Positions 42,306 through 53,964 of a stretch of DNA of 64,000 nt are shown here, one piece after another. Both the position numbers and the translations under genes were made by a program. The notes under the pieces are model-generated. The model did no database searches. It saw nothing but the letters and a program-made list of their open reading frames with translations, and was not told the origin of the DNA. This DNA comes from Eledone cirrhosa (taxonomy: Eukaryota), in contig OZ024743.1 in assembly GCA_964016885.1 (NCBI GenBank), forward strand, positions 198,028,001-198,092,000. The letters are read 5' to 3'. Positions within the stretch are counted from its first letter, which is position 1; each line of letters begins with the position of its first letter.

Positions 42306-45046
42306 GGCGGTTGTTGCGTGTGAGTGCGTGCGTGTAAATGTGTGTGTTTATGTTAACTTCCGTGTGAGATGGCTCTATATAAAAATAGGGATAAATCATA
42401 TATTAATGCATTGTTTTAAATCATGCCACTTGTAGTTTCATAGTTTTCACTGTTAATAGTATTCATCTCTTATACGTCTTTTACATATATATACAGTAAT
42501 AAATAGAGGATTCAAGTTTTAAGTTATTTAATGTACCCTTGGTGTTTTACGATAGTGTGTGATTTGAGAAAAAATTGGTTACGGTCGACCACGTGAACGT
42601 AGAGAATTTCTCGTTGCTTCATGTGACTTCTTCGTTGGCTAGGATGTCAGTATTCTTCTACTGGGGTAGATTAAATCAATTATGGACTTTGCCCTCACCA
42701 TTAGAACGTCAATTCTCAGAATATTCTGAAAATCAAAATCAATATAACTGCAATGGCGAATGAATATGTTGGAAAACTTCAAATAAATCGAACATCATTC
42801 TTCGATACTACTCTTTCCCCATTGCTTGTTAACATTTTATAAGAATTAGAAAATGCAAGAATATCATCTAGGCAAACTAACAGGTTAAAAAACAGTTTGG
42901 GAAGAAATTTAATAATAATGGTATTGCTACTTTTGTTGCCCGTAGCCGTTCTATTGGTTTTATGTTTCAATGTGAAACAAATGATATAAACAAAATCAAA
43001 ATGGAAGGCAACAAAAATAATTTACGTTTCATAGCTAGATATCGTTCAAGTGAGCAGCCAATCGTAGCTTGCTTAGCTGTCACATATTCTTCTAGTTTCA
43101 TTAAATGTTAAATAAAAAGCAAAACTTTTTCGCGATGTTCGAATTGACTGGTCTGAAATAACATTTACCTTGATAATAGACAAATATTCTGTCTATCCTG
43201 TCTACTCATACTTCATTAGTTCTAGGAATTCTTCATTCCGTTAGATTAACCTTCAAATTAGAAGAAAAATTTTCCCGTTATTTAATAATAGGAAATACCG
43301 ACGGTGATGGAGATGGTGATGATGGTTGTAGTGATGTTGAAGGTGCGAATAAATGTGAGTGTGGGGTTGGGTTTGAAGCTGGAGTGGGGTGAAAGAGAAT
43401 CAATACCAAAAGCAAATAGAAAAAGAATGCAAAAAGAAAGAAAAATTTCGCTTGGATGTTTTTGTTTTCTTAAAAGAAAGAACATTCCTTGTTTAGAGAT
43501 CTGTGTAGCAAGCCTCGCTCTATGCATGGTTCGATCCCTATAAAAAATGGTCTGTGTAATCGACTTAACCCATTAGTAACTAGCAGCAGTGCTTACTGAG
43601 GCATGGCATTGAATCAAAGAGAATATTTAACCCTTATCATCTGATTGGATATATAGCTATTGACAGTAGAGTTACAAATATATCGATATATGCTCTATCG
43701 AAAAACTAATTTTCCATCTTCAGTCTGCATTTTGTCCATGAGTAAACGGCAAGACAGCTGCCGACATAAAGGCCAGCAAAACTTTGCTTGATTTATAATA
43801 TGTCATTTTCTACCATATGAAATGAAAGCAGACTTCGCAGATGTTCGGACGATGCAACTCCGTCTGCAGTTTACAGATGTTTAGATGGTGCGACTCGATG
43901 CGTGTAAGATGTCTGTATAGGAATAACAAACAATGATGGAGTCGGTGATTTATTGATTTGGCCAGCGGAAGTTAGTGTTAACAACTAAATATATCATGTA
44001 ACATGACTAACTAAATATTCTCCTTGTATTGATTGTTTGTCCAGTTGGCTTGCTTTCATTGTTTCTTTCCTTCTCATCTCTGTGATGCTATAGAATTGTT
44101 TTTGCACTAGAATTACTCTTCCGACAGACATAACGATCTTCTACACAATATGGAATAATTTCTTTTTGCCCGCTTTCTTTCTTTTTGTGCTTCATGTTGG
44201 CATTACATAAACGCCAATGCTACTGGCCTTATCACTACTGCTACTGCCACTAGCGACGCCATTTTTTTTCATAGCTGGGAGAAGGCGTTTGTGACATAAA
44301 GTCTATCGTTGTTGTATTTTTCAATAGTTTCAATTACAATGGCTTTTCTCATAATTTTGTCGATATTCTGAATTTCGTTGAAATGTTTTGTTTGTGCGGT
44401 CGGGTATCTCCCTTGTATTTCCAACCCCATAATTGTTTTGTCTATATGTATATACAATGTGCAGCAATAAAATACACTAACGCATTCAAAAACAAACACA
44501 TGCGCATATACAAATACATGCTTAGAGATGCACACACACACACTGACGCACACACCGGATCACATACACACTGACGCACACACACGTTCACACACACACA
44601 CGCACACACACACTCATGCAGACAGACAAATATCTGGGCAAGTTTTATACACCACTAAACACAAATTGTAATTTGCATGGATGAATATTCGTGCTTTTTT
44701 TAAATTTTGGTTTTTAATATTGTATATTTTTTTATTGTGTTGTTTCTATTTTCCCTAGGTCACTTGTATTAGAGCCAAGCTCTGATCAAGGACATCCTTG
44801 ATGTGAATATTCACTATATCTCTAGAACTTTCGTATTCAGATCAGCATCATCCAATATACTTATTTCGTATATATATATATATAAATGGAACGAAATTTC
44901 ATTTCTCACTCTTAGTACGGCAGTTACTTAAAGGTAAGTATGTATGTATACGTACATACATATATGTATACAGACGTACAGTAGTATGTATATATATACA
45001 TACATGTACACATATATATATGTACGTATCGGTTTACCGAACATTT

Positions 45047-45090
<44 letters not shown>

Positions 45091-45157
45091 AAACACACAC
45101 GCACACATATATATACATACGCACAGACACACACACACACACAAACATATATATATA

Positions 45158-45234
45158 CAGGGTGTCCCAAAAATGCATACACACTTCAACAGCATTCTAA
45201 TAAATATGTATACACATTTTTGTGGAACACCCTG
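45158..45234. mobile_element. Tc1/mariner-like MITE
   Basis: TA|CAGGGTGTCCCA...TGGAACACCCTG terminal inverted repeats. Confidence 0.7.
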
Positions 45235-46604
45235 TCTATATATATATATACATACATATATTCTACATACATACATGCAAACATACATACATTTATTCAT
45301 ACATACATATATACATACATACAGATACATACATACATACAGATACATACATATGTATATACATACATACAGATACATACATATTACATACCTATAGGTA
45401 TGCGATTGTGACTATGCTTGTTTGTATACCTATTACTCCTTTTAGTTTACCTCCCTCTTCACACACATACACATCTATATAGTTCCTTCTAATGCAACAA
45501 TCTCATATTTTCTATATCTTTTCAAACATACTTCTTCCCTCTCAAGTTTTTATATCACATGACTATTAATTATACTGCTACTACATTGTAATAGGATTTT
45601 CATTATCATATATAACTTTACTTAATTTTCTGAGCTCTATATGTCATGGCAGTACTGATACCACAGTGACTAAAGAACTCTTTTGTTTAGGGCCCCGAAA
45701 CTTATCCTTATCTATATCTTCTCCATTACTAGTAATCTACCGTCTGACTGTATTACTTATTCTATTAACTTCTCTATATATCAAACCGAAAATATATACA
45801 TTAGCACTTAGATGGCTGTTTAAGATTTTATAAATGTATTTTTCTATGATATTTTCATGCTTCCCCGAACGTTCACTGCCTTATCTGTGTTCTTGCCGTT
45901 GGTGTCGTCATCCGCTTTGTCATTGTTGTTGTTACTGTTGCCCTTCTTACTGATTGTTTTTTTTTTTCAAAGATATCATTGATAGGGAATACTTATAACC
46001 AGGCATGACCATCCCGCTTTATTCAGGACATTATCCAATGTTATCTTCATTTTAAATCGTATAAAAATATGGTTTAGATTGGCATTAAAACTGAAAGAGT
46101 TACACGAAACAAAACTGCCATTAAGAGATATTTAGATACTAATTCGAGCAGCTCGGGTGTAAACATATAGACATACATTCATGGCTCGTGTTTTCTTGTT
46201 GTCTTATCCAACCTCTAATGAAGCTTATGTATATTAGAAGACGGCAAATAGAAGATCACTAATGATTCTATTTAAAGGCTTATTAAACCACAGCACGTTA
46301 TCGAAACTGGATTATGTTCTCTCCCTAAGGTTTGTTTTCGTTGTAGTTAATGACACTCAACACACACCTATTAACTCTTAGATAATTTTGGAAAAGAATG
46401 TTTGCAACATGCTGAAAGATTGAGTACAACTATAAGTTGTTAGCAAGGTAAAATCTATCGCTATGAGAGAATCCTATTTATCTAATATCGTGAGTTCAAA
46501 CCTTTCATCAACATTCCATTAACCAAGCAATTAGAAGAGATGAGCTCATTCTAGATGTGTTTAACCTCTAAAAAATGAAGGAGAAACAAAGGAGAATATT
46601 CTAA

Positions 46605-47140
46605 TATTGTTTCTACTTTTCGCACAAGGTCAGCAATTACCCCAGTGCATTATGGTACTTTATTTTATCGATACCGTAAGGATGAATGGCAAAGTTAACC
46701 TCGACAGGATTTAAATTCAGATCGTAAAGGGGCGTAACTCTATGATGCAGAGCATGGCGTCTCACCCTCTACCGATACTACCAATCCACCGCCCTAATAT
46801 TCTAATATTTGGATTTGTAGTATCGGTAGATTAAACGGCCATTTATGGTCTGAGTTCAAACCGCCGAGGTTAAATTTGCCTTTCATCCTTACGGAGTCAA
46901 TAAAATAAAGTACCAGTAATATTGGGGTGAATTTAATCGACTTTCCCTTCCCCCCAAATTACTGGCCCTCTGCCTATATAAGAAACCATTATTATTATTA
47001 TTGCTGAGTTCAAATCCCGCCGAGGTTGACTTTGCCTTTCATCCTTACGGGGTCGATAAAATAAAGTACCAGTAATGCACTGGGTAATTGCTGGCCTTGT
47101 GCCAAACGTAGAAACAATTATTATTATTATTATTATTATT
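46605..47140. mobile_element. SINE cluster: one minus copy (46605-46795) head-to-head with two plus copies ending in (TTA)n
   Basis: SINE consensus on both strands; (TTA)n tails at ~46989-47002 and 47118-47140. Confidence 0.88.
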
Positions 47141-50100
47141 GTTCTTTGTGTCTCAGTCATGGCTAATCTTAGAATAGGTGGCATAAATGTACGTGGCCTG
47201 GGCTCGTCTTGGAAGCAGGGGCACCTGCTGAACGATCTCAGGTCGCTAAACATAGATGTGGTGGACATCAGCGAGACCAGAATCTCCGAGGCACAGGCTT
47301 TCGCACCGATCTTCGGCGGCTACGATGTGTACGCATCTCCCAGCCGTCCTGGATCGGGGGGGGGGGGGGAGTTGCTGAGCTTTTTCGGAGAGGCTTGGAT
47401 CTCGTCGTACGGGCCATCTTCCTGGACACCGAAGGTAAGTTGGTGGTGCTGGACGTGACCAGCGGAGACAGGCAAGCTTTCAGGCTAGTGGCCGTCTATG
47501 CCCCGACAGGAGCAGGGCGGCCTGATTTCTTCCGTCCTTTCTTGGAACGTCCCACTTTTTAGTGTTAATGGGCGACTGGAACGGGATCTTAGATGCACGC
47601 TCGGACTGTGTGGGATTAGCGGATAGGGGAGGAGGGTGCAAGAGCCTTACCAACCTGCTCAGGTGTTTTGAACTGTCTGACAGGTACCGATTGGATTTCC
47701 CGAATGTGCCAATGTGGACTTGGACAAACCGTATCGGGTCATCCAGATCATATCTAGATAGAGTATTTTGTAGGGAAATAGATAGGTCTAGCACAGGCTG
47801 TCCACAATTCAAGATAGTCAGCTACACGGACCACAAATTCCTGATCTGTGTGGTTGACTTAGATAGGCTTCATACACAAGGACCCGGCTACTGGAAGCTA
47901 GACGCGTCGTTACCAGCGCGCAAAGCCTACAGAGACCGGATTAGCGAACTAGTTAAGCGTGCGTTGACGGGGGCCATCTTCAACAAGTGGTGGTTTGCTC
48001 TGAAAAGAGCGATTAGAACAGAGTCCATTAGGTTTAGTAAGGCTTTAGCAATAGAGAAAAATAGAGCAGAGGGAGGACTAGTTAGAAAATTAGACGAGGC
48101 GCTTCGCAAAGGCATCGCGACCGACGTACTTGTGGCGAAATTGGCCCTTGACCAATTCTTCAATGCAAAGCATGAAGGTTGCGTTGTCAGAGCTAGGGTG
48201 CGTGCTCTCAGACACGATGGGCCCGAGTGGCGGAGGCGCGTCGTGGCAACAAAGCCACGATCCGGTCTTTGGTGGACCACGACGGGCGCATGCTACTCGA
48301 TCCCGGGCAAATGTGTGAAGCTTTTCAGCGACACTTCACTCAACTGTTCGGGGGCAGTGGCGGGCCGGATCGAGGGATGGACTTTAGTGTCTACCTCGAC
48401 GGACTGCCACGGCTCTCGGCCACTGAGGTGGAGTGTTGCGAAAAGCCGATGACAGCCGCTGAAGTACGGGAGGCAATGACTGGCTGCACAAGGGGTAAAT
48501 CGCCTGGTTTGGATGGTCTTCCCTATGAACTTTACGTACAAATGCCACACTTGTTCGGAGGCCTCTTGGCGGACGTCTACTGCAACTGGCAACAGAACGG
48601 GAGAATTCCCAGCTCTGTGAGCCGAGGAGCGGTGGCGCTGCTGAGAAAGGATCCGAACAAGGGGGATAACATAGATAATCTTAGGCCCATAACTCTGCTA
48701 AACACAGAGTTCAAGATTTTGGCCAAGGTGCTAGCAAAGAGGTTGACGCTTGTCGTTGGTGGTCTGGTGGGAGAGGCGCAGACATGCGCCATTCCCGACA
48801 GATCCATCCACGATAACCTCCACCTCATGCGATACATCGTAGAGAGGGTAGCTAGGGAACCTGGCACAGGTGGGTCTTTGATCAATTTAGATCAGTCGAA
48901 AGACATCGATAGGGTCGACCATCGTTACCTAGCGGCAGTCCTGAGGGCGGCTGGCTTTGGGCCCGTCTTCAGAGGCTGGATCGCTACCATGCACAGCGAC
49001 ATCTGCTCTGTAGTGAGAGTGAACGGTCACCTTTCGGAACCGTTCAATATCATGAGCTCGGTCCGCCAAGGATGTCCCCTCTCGTCCCTATTGTACGTAT
49101 TGACTCTCGATCCATTACTGCACAAACTGGAGACGTTGAGGGGGGTCCCGCGCGAACTAGGATGCGGAAGATCCGTGTCAGCATATGCGGACGATGTCAC
49201 CGTAGTGGTGTCGAACGCCAAACACATCGAGGCGATCGGCACTACACTAAGAGAATACGAAGCGGTGACAGGAGCAATGATCAACCAGGAAAAGTCAGTG
49301 GGCCTGCAGCTCGGCACCTGGAGAGGCAGGTCCATGCCGTCCAAAAGCGTCGCCGGGCGCTGGACGGAGGGACCGGTTAAATTGCTAGGTGTCCGGTTCG
49401 GTCCAGAGCTCCAGACGGACAAAAACTGGGACGAGGTGACGAGCAGGGTGGCTTCTCTCACCCAGAAATGGGCCGAGAGGAAGCTATCCCTGAAAGGTCG
49501 AGCGGAGGTGGCTAACGCGTACATCGCGTCCGTCATCTACTACCGCCTGACCGTCGTACCTTGTCCTAAGCCCCGCCTGACTGCGCTGGAGCGTTTGCTC
49601 TTTCGCTTTTTGTGGAAGGGACGCGCTCCGATGGTCAGGCGGTGCATCTACTGTCAACACCCGGTACGTGGAGGGCTGGGCGTGCCGTGGCTGATGATGC
49701 GCAGACACGCGCTCAGGCTACGACATCTCCACCTCTTCCTCGACGGTGATCAGGTGTGGTCGCCGTTTGCAAGACACGTATTTTCCCAGCTCGTCTCCTT
49801 GACGGAGCTAAGGTCCTGGGTCAAGCGAAGACCGAGAGGGAGCGCTTGGAGACTGGAATGTCTTCAGGCGCTCACAGCTCTCGACCAATCGGGCAATGTG
49901 ATCGGTGGAAACTCCACCTTGGCGTTCTATAGAGGATTAGTGGAGGGGAAGAGCGACGACGTACTTGGAGAAACTCTAGGCGTCGACGAAAATCAACTAG
50001 CCAATCTCTTCGGAAGGATTTTCTGGCCGGGGCCTATGGACAACTTCCAGAAATCCCTGGCCTGGCAGTGCTACCGGGGAGCTTTGCCAGTTCGGGATAA

Positions 50101-50830
50101 ACTCTACAGGCATGGAGCTGCCGTCAGCCGGGCATGTCCGAGATGCGCACAGGGCGACGAAACCGTCCTGCACGCACTCGTCCAGTGTCCGAGCTTTGCT
50201 GACTTGTGGGTTTATGTCGAACACCTGCTGTCGCGTTTAGGACGGATCCGGCTATCATCTGAGTCCATCGTGAGGATTGCCCCGCACTCCTCCTTTAGCC
50301 GGGAAGGGCAGGAAGTTTTTATCTGTCTGGTGGCCATGGCGAAAGAGATAGTATGGTGGACACGTTTGAAAGGGCTGAAAACGAGTACTTACCTCTTCGG
50401 TGATGCTCTGATTGACTTTTTCAAATTTCATTTGAAAAGGAAAATCAGAGTAGAGAGGGAAGTGCTCTCTTCCCAGCATTTTGTTGAAAGATGGGTGAGA
50501 GAAGCAAGAATGGCCCGAGTGAATGGGCCTACTCTGAGTATATATCTGTAAATTAAAGGTGGAAAACTGGGAGAGGGCACTTGCCTTGGTGGTCAGGGTC
50601 ATTGTGGCTTTTTACTGGGCTTTTTCCACAAATGTCCCTCCGAAGTCTGCCCCCTATTGGGGAATTTTTCATTGTTATTTTTTGTTACATCCTCTGTTTT
50701 TGTTTTTTACACGCAGAAATGCCCATTCATACCGTCCTGCATTGTCCTGCACTGTCCTTAATGTCTACTTTATGTAAACCCTTGTGGTTAATAAAGAAAT
50801 CATTATTATTATTATTATTATTGTTATTTT
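47141..50830 (+). mobile_element. Tx1/L1-clade LINE (ORF2 plus 3' UTR, no ORF1) flanked by (TTA)n
   Basis: APE-RT-CCHC ORF2, a 250-bp 3' UTR with AATAAA, and (TTA)n at both ends. Confidence 0.92.
47159..50551 (+). pseudogene. Tx1-like ORF2 (APE endonuclease, RT, zinc knuckle), about three frameshifts
   Basis: MANLRIGGINVRGL, ISETR, VAVYAP, MGDWN, SYLDR, TDH, GPGYWKL, KSPGLDGLP, RPITLLN, VRQGCPLS, YADD, CPRC..ETVLHALVQC. Confidence 0.92.
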
Positions 50831-50908
50831 TATTCCTTGAATCTCAGTCATTGATGTTGGTTAACTGGAAAGTCCGTTGGATTGAATATCAAGCCACTAC
50901 CTGCAGCC

Positions 50909-53761
50909 TCAGATATTCAGGACGTATCGGAGGGTTCTTGCCGTTCCAAGCAAGCATGCCTTTTGAAGCGTTCCAAAAAGCATGAAGGGGCCGATTTTCT
51001 TTAACCATCCCTGGAAACCTTTGGAGATAGTCCCCAGTGCGCCTATGACAATCGGGATCACTTTGACTTCATGGCAGTTCCAAATCCTTTTCACCTCCCA
51101 CTTTAGGTCCTGGTATCGGTTTATTTTCTCCCTCTCCTTCTCTTGCACTCTCGTGTCGAACGGGCAGGCCACATCCACAATCAGGCACGATCTTTTTTCT
51201 TTGTCCACAACCACCAGGTCAGGTCTATTGTGTTCCAGTTTTTTGTCCGTCTTTATCCTAAAATCCCACAGCACCTTCACCTGACTGTTCTCCATCACCG
51301 CCTCTGGCCTATGCTCATACCATTTCTCAGAATGTGGTAGATTGTTTACTTTGCACAGGTGCCAGTGGATCACCCTGCCCATCACATCGTGTCTCCAGCC
51401 CTTATAGTGGGTCTGGGCTAGGTGTTTACACTCGGACACAATGTGAGCCACAGTCTCCTCTCTCTCTCCACAGATCCTGCACAGTGGGCTAGCCTCTTCC
51501 TTGTAGATATGGTGCTTCAACCACTTCGTTTTGAGGGCCTGCTCCTGCGCAGCCATTAGCATTCCTTCTGTAGCCTTTTTGAGGTCTCCTCTTCTCAACC
51601 AGTTCCATGCCTGTGGATCTCTAAATTCAGTTTTCTCAAAGAAGGTACTATGAAGGGATTTTCCCTTAAGGCTGCTCTTCCTCCTTGATGTTATTTCCTC
51701 CTTGGATATCCCCTGGCCTACTGTCCCCTCCTTCAGTACAGCTCTGAGCATTGGCTCCTTACTATAGGTCACGTATTTGTATAGGTTGTTTTTCTCCATC
51801 TGAACACAGTCCTCTATGCTGATAAGACCTCTTCCACCCTCAGATCTCCTTAGGTAGAGTCTATCGACATCACTCCTCTTGTGGAACATGTTGTAGATAG
51901 TCAATAGCTTCCTAGTCTTCCTATCCATTTCTTTTTGTTCAGCAACATTCCATCTCAGAATTCCCGCACTGTACCTAATAATAGACACAGCTCGGGAATT
52001 TACTGCGCTTATGGCATTTCTGCTGTTCAGATGTGACTTCAATACGCTCCTTACTCTCCGAATGTATTCAGTTCTTAACAATTCCTTCATTTTTTTGTTC
52101 TTTATGCCATCAGCCTCCAGAACGCCCAAATACTTGTATCCTTCCTCAGAGTCAATTTCCTTTATCATCTCACCTGTTGGTATCTGGATCCCGTTACTTC
52201 TGCTCAACCTACCCCTCTTCATCACAATGACTCCACATTTACCAATACCAAACTGCATACATATATCACTGCTGAAAATACGGACAGTGTCAACAAGCAC
52301 ATCCAACTCCTTCTCACTTTTCCCGAAGAGCTTAAGATCGTCCATGAAGAGGAGGTGATTGATGGTAAGCTCTCCCCTTCCCAACTTGTATCCTGCTCTC
52401 ACTTTTCGCAGCATAATGGTCAAGGGCATCAGGGCAAGGACAAACAACAGAGGGGACAGGCTATCTCCCTGGAAGATACCTCTCTTGATCTTCACGCTTC
52501 CCAAGGATACTCCAGTTGATGTCAACTCTGTCTCCCAGGACCCCATACTCCTGCCCAGCAACTGTCTGATGTTATCTGCCACCCTGAAGATCTCCAGGCT
52601 TTTGGTGATCCAGGAATGAGGCACCATGTCAAATGCCTTTCTGTAGTCTATCCATCCCATGGCAAGATCAGTGTGTCTCCTCCTGCAATTCCCCATTACC
52701 ATCTTATCAATAAGCAACTGGTCCTTTGTACCACGTGACTTCTTTCGGCATCCTTTCTGTTCGTCCGGTAACAAGTTGTTTGTGTGGAGGTGATGGTAGA
52801 TTTCCTCAGACACAATGCTCGTCAACAGTTTCCACATTACGGGCAGACATGTGATAGGTCTATAGTTGGTAACATCATTACCCTTGATTCGGTCTTTCAT
52901 TATCAGAACTGTGGTACCTTTTGTCAACCACTCTGGCACCTCACCCGACACCAAACAGTCATTGAACATGGCCGTCAGCTTCGGGTGGAGGGATGTTAAA
53001 TGTTTAATCCAATACCCCTGCACACCATCTGGGCCTGGTGATTTCCAGTTGGTTAGTTTTTTGGCTTGCCCCTTAAGAGTTTCAACTGTGATACTCAAAT
53101 CAGTCTGTTGTTGTGCCTGCTCACCGATCTCCCTCTGTACTGTCTCAATCCACCCTGCCTGGGCATTGTGTCTAACATCCTGCTCCCATATTCCTCTCCA
53201 GAATGTTTTAGCTTGTTCCGCCCCAGGGATCAAGTCGTTGCCTCTTTCTTTCCCCTCAAGCTGTCCAAACAGCATCTTCCGGTTGTTGTCGAACATGCGG
53301 TTCTGTTTATACTGACTGACTCTGTTCTCGTATCGCCTGATTTTGGCACTCTTTGCTACAATGCGTTGCTTCAATTCCTCTATGATAATATTTAGCTTTT
53401 TACTCCTAGTTTTGTATTTTATTTCCAGTCTATTTTTAGTGCCTATGTTTTTTAGTGTCCCATTCAGTAGTGACTCAAGCTTTCCTATGTCATTTCTCAT
53501 TTCCCCGATTTGCCCACTCAGTCGCTTCTTCCACCACGGCTCTGCTCTTTCTTGTCTGTTGTTTCCTCTCGCTTTTATACCAAGTAGTTTCCTCACCGTA
53601 TTTGCTGTTGCTTTGAGGATATTGTTGCACTGGTGAAGGCTCCTCGCCTCAAGGTATGGGATGACTTTGTTTACCTTAGCTGTTGTTTCTTTTAACTTTT
53701 TCCTGTCTACAAATCTTAGGTTCATAGGTCTCCCACTATCATTGTTCAATTCATCTACCAC
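50909..53761 (-). CDS. R4/Dong-like RT-RLE polyprotein, copy 1 (N-terminally truncated, frame open)
   Basis: 950-aa ORF with NYRPITCL, DYRKAFD, RGIFQGDSLSP, LLFMDD, CRIC..H..SEC, RHD, NRPD..D. Confidence 0.92.
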   Translation of the reverse strand: MVDELNNDSGRPMNLRFVDRKKLKETTAKVNKVIPYLEARSLHQCNNILKATANTVRKLLGIKARGNNRQERAEPWWKKRLSGQIGEMRNDIGKLESLLNGTLKNIGTKNRLEIKYKTRSKKLNIIIEELKQRIVAKSAKIRRYENRVSQYKQNRMFDNNRKMLFGQLEGKERGNDLIPGAEQAKTFWRGIWEQDVRHNAQAGWIETVQREIGEQAQQQTDLSITVETLKGQAKKLTNWKSPGPDGVQGYWIKHLTSLHPKLTAMFNDCLVSGEVPEWLTKGTTVLIMKDRIKGNDVTNYRPITCLPVMWKLLTSIVSEEIYHHLHTNNLLPDEQKGCRKKSRGTKDQLLIDKMVMGNCRRRHTDLAMGWIDYRKAFDMVPHSWITKSLEIFRVADNIRQLLGRSMGSWETELTSTGVSLGSVKIKRGIFQGDSLSPLLFVLALMPLTIMLRKVRAGYKLGRGELTINHLLFMDDLKLFGKSEKELDVLVDTVRIFSSDICMQFGIGKCGVIVMKRGRLSRSNGIQIPTGEMIKEIDSEEGYKYLGVLEADGIKNKKMKELLRTEYIRRVRSVLKSHLNSRNAISAVNSRAVSIIRYSAGILRWNVAEQKEMDRKTRKLLTIYNMFHKRSDVDRLYLRRSEGGRGLISIEDCVQMEKNNLYKYVTYSKEPMLRAVLKEGTVGQGISKEEITSRRKSSLKGKSLHSTFFEKTEFRDPQAWNWLRRGDLKKATEGMLMAAQEQALKTKWLKHHIYKEEASPLCRICGEREETVAHIVSECKHLAQTHYKGWRHDVMGRVIHWHLCKVNNLPHSEKWYEHRPEAVMENSQVKVLWDFRIKTDKKLEHNRPDLVVVDKEKRSCLIVDVACPFDTRVQEKEREKINRYQDLKWEVKRIWNCHEVKVIPIVIGALGTISKGFQGWLKKIGPFMLFGTLQKACLLGTARTLRYVLNI

Positions 53762-53777
53762 TAAATTTAGGATGTCA

Positions 53778-53848
53778 ACCGTCCTGTATTGTCCTGTACT
53801 GTCCTTAATGTCTACTTTATGTGAACCCTTGTGGTTAATAAAGAAAAC
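53778..53848 (+). mobile_element. ~70-bp Tx1 3'-terminal stub, junction 1
   Basis: Matches 50731-50800 with about four differences; followed by (TTA)n. Confidence 0.9.
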
Positions 53849-53964
53849 TTTATTATTATTATTATTATTATTATTATTGTTATTGTTATTCCTTGAATCT
53901 CAGTCATTGATGTTGGTTAACTGGAAAGTCCGTTGGATTGAATATCAAGCCACTACCTGCAGCC

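Noticed and set aside
53762-53899. The copy-1 reading frame stays open through the Tx1 stub and (AAT)n
   Set aside because: The extension has no ATG and is bounded by a stop at 53900-53902. The 3056-bp period is not a multiple of 3, so no multi-copy fusion protein is possible.
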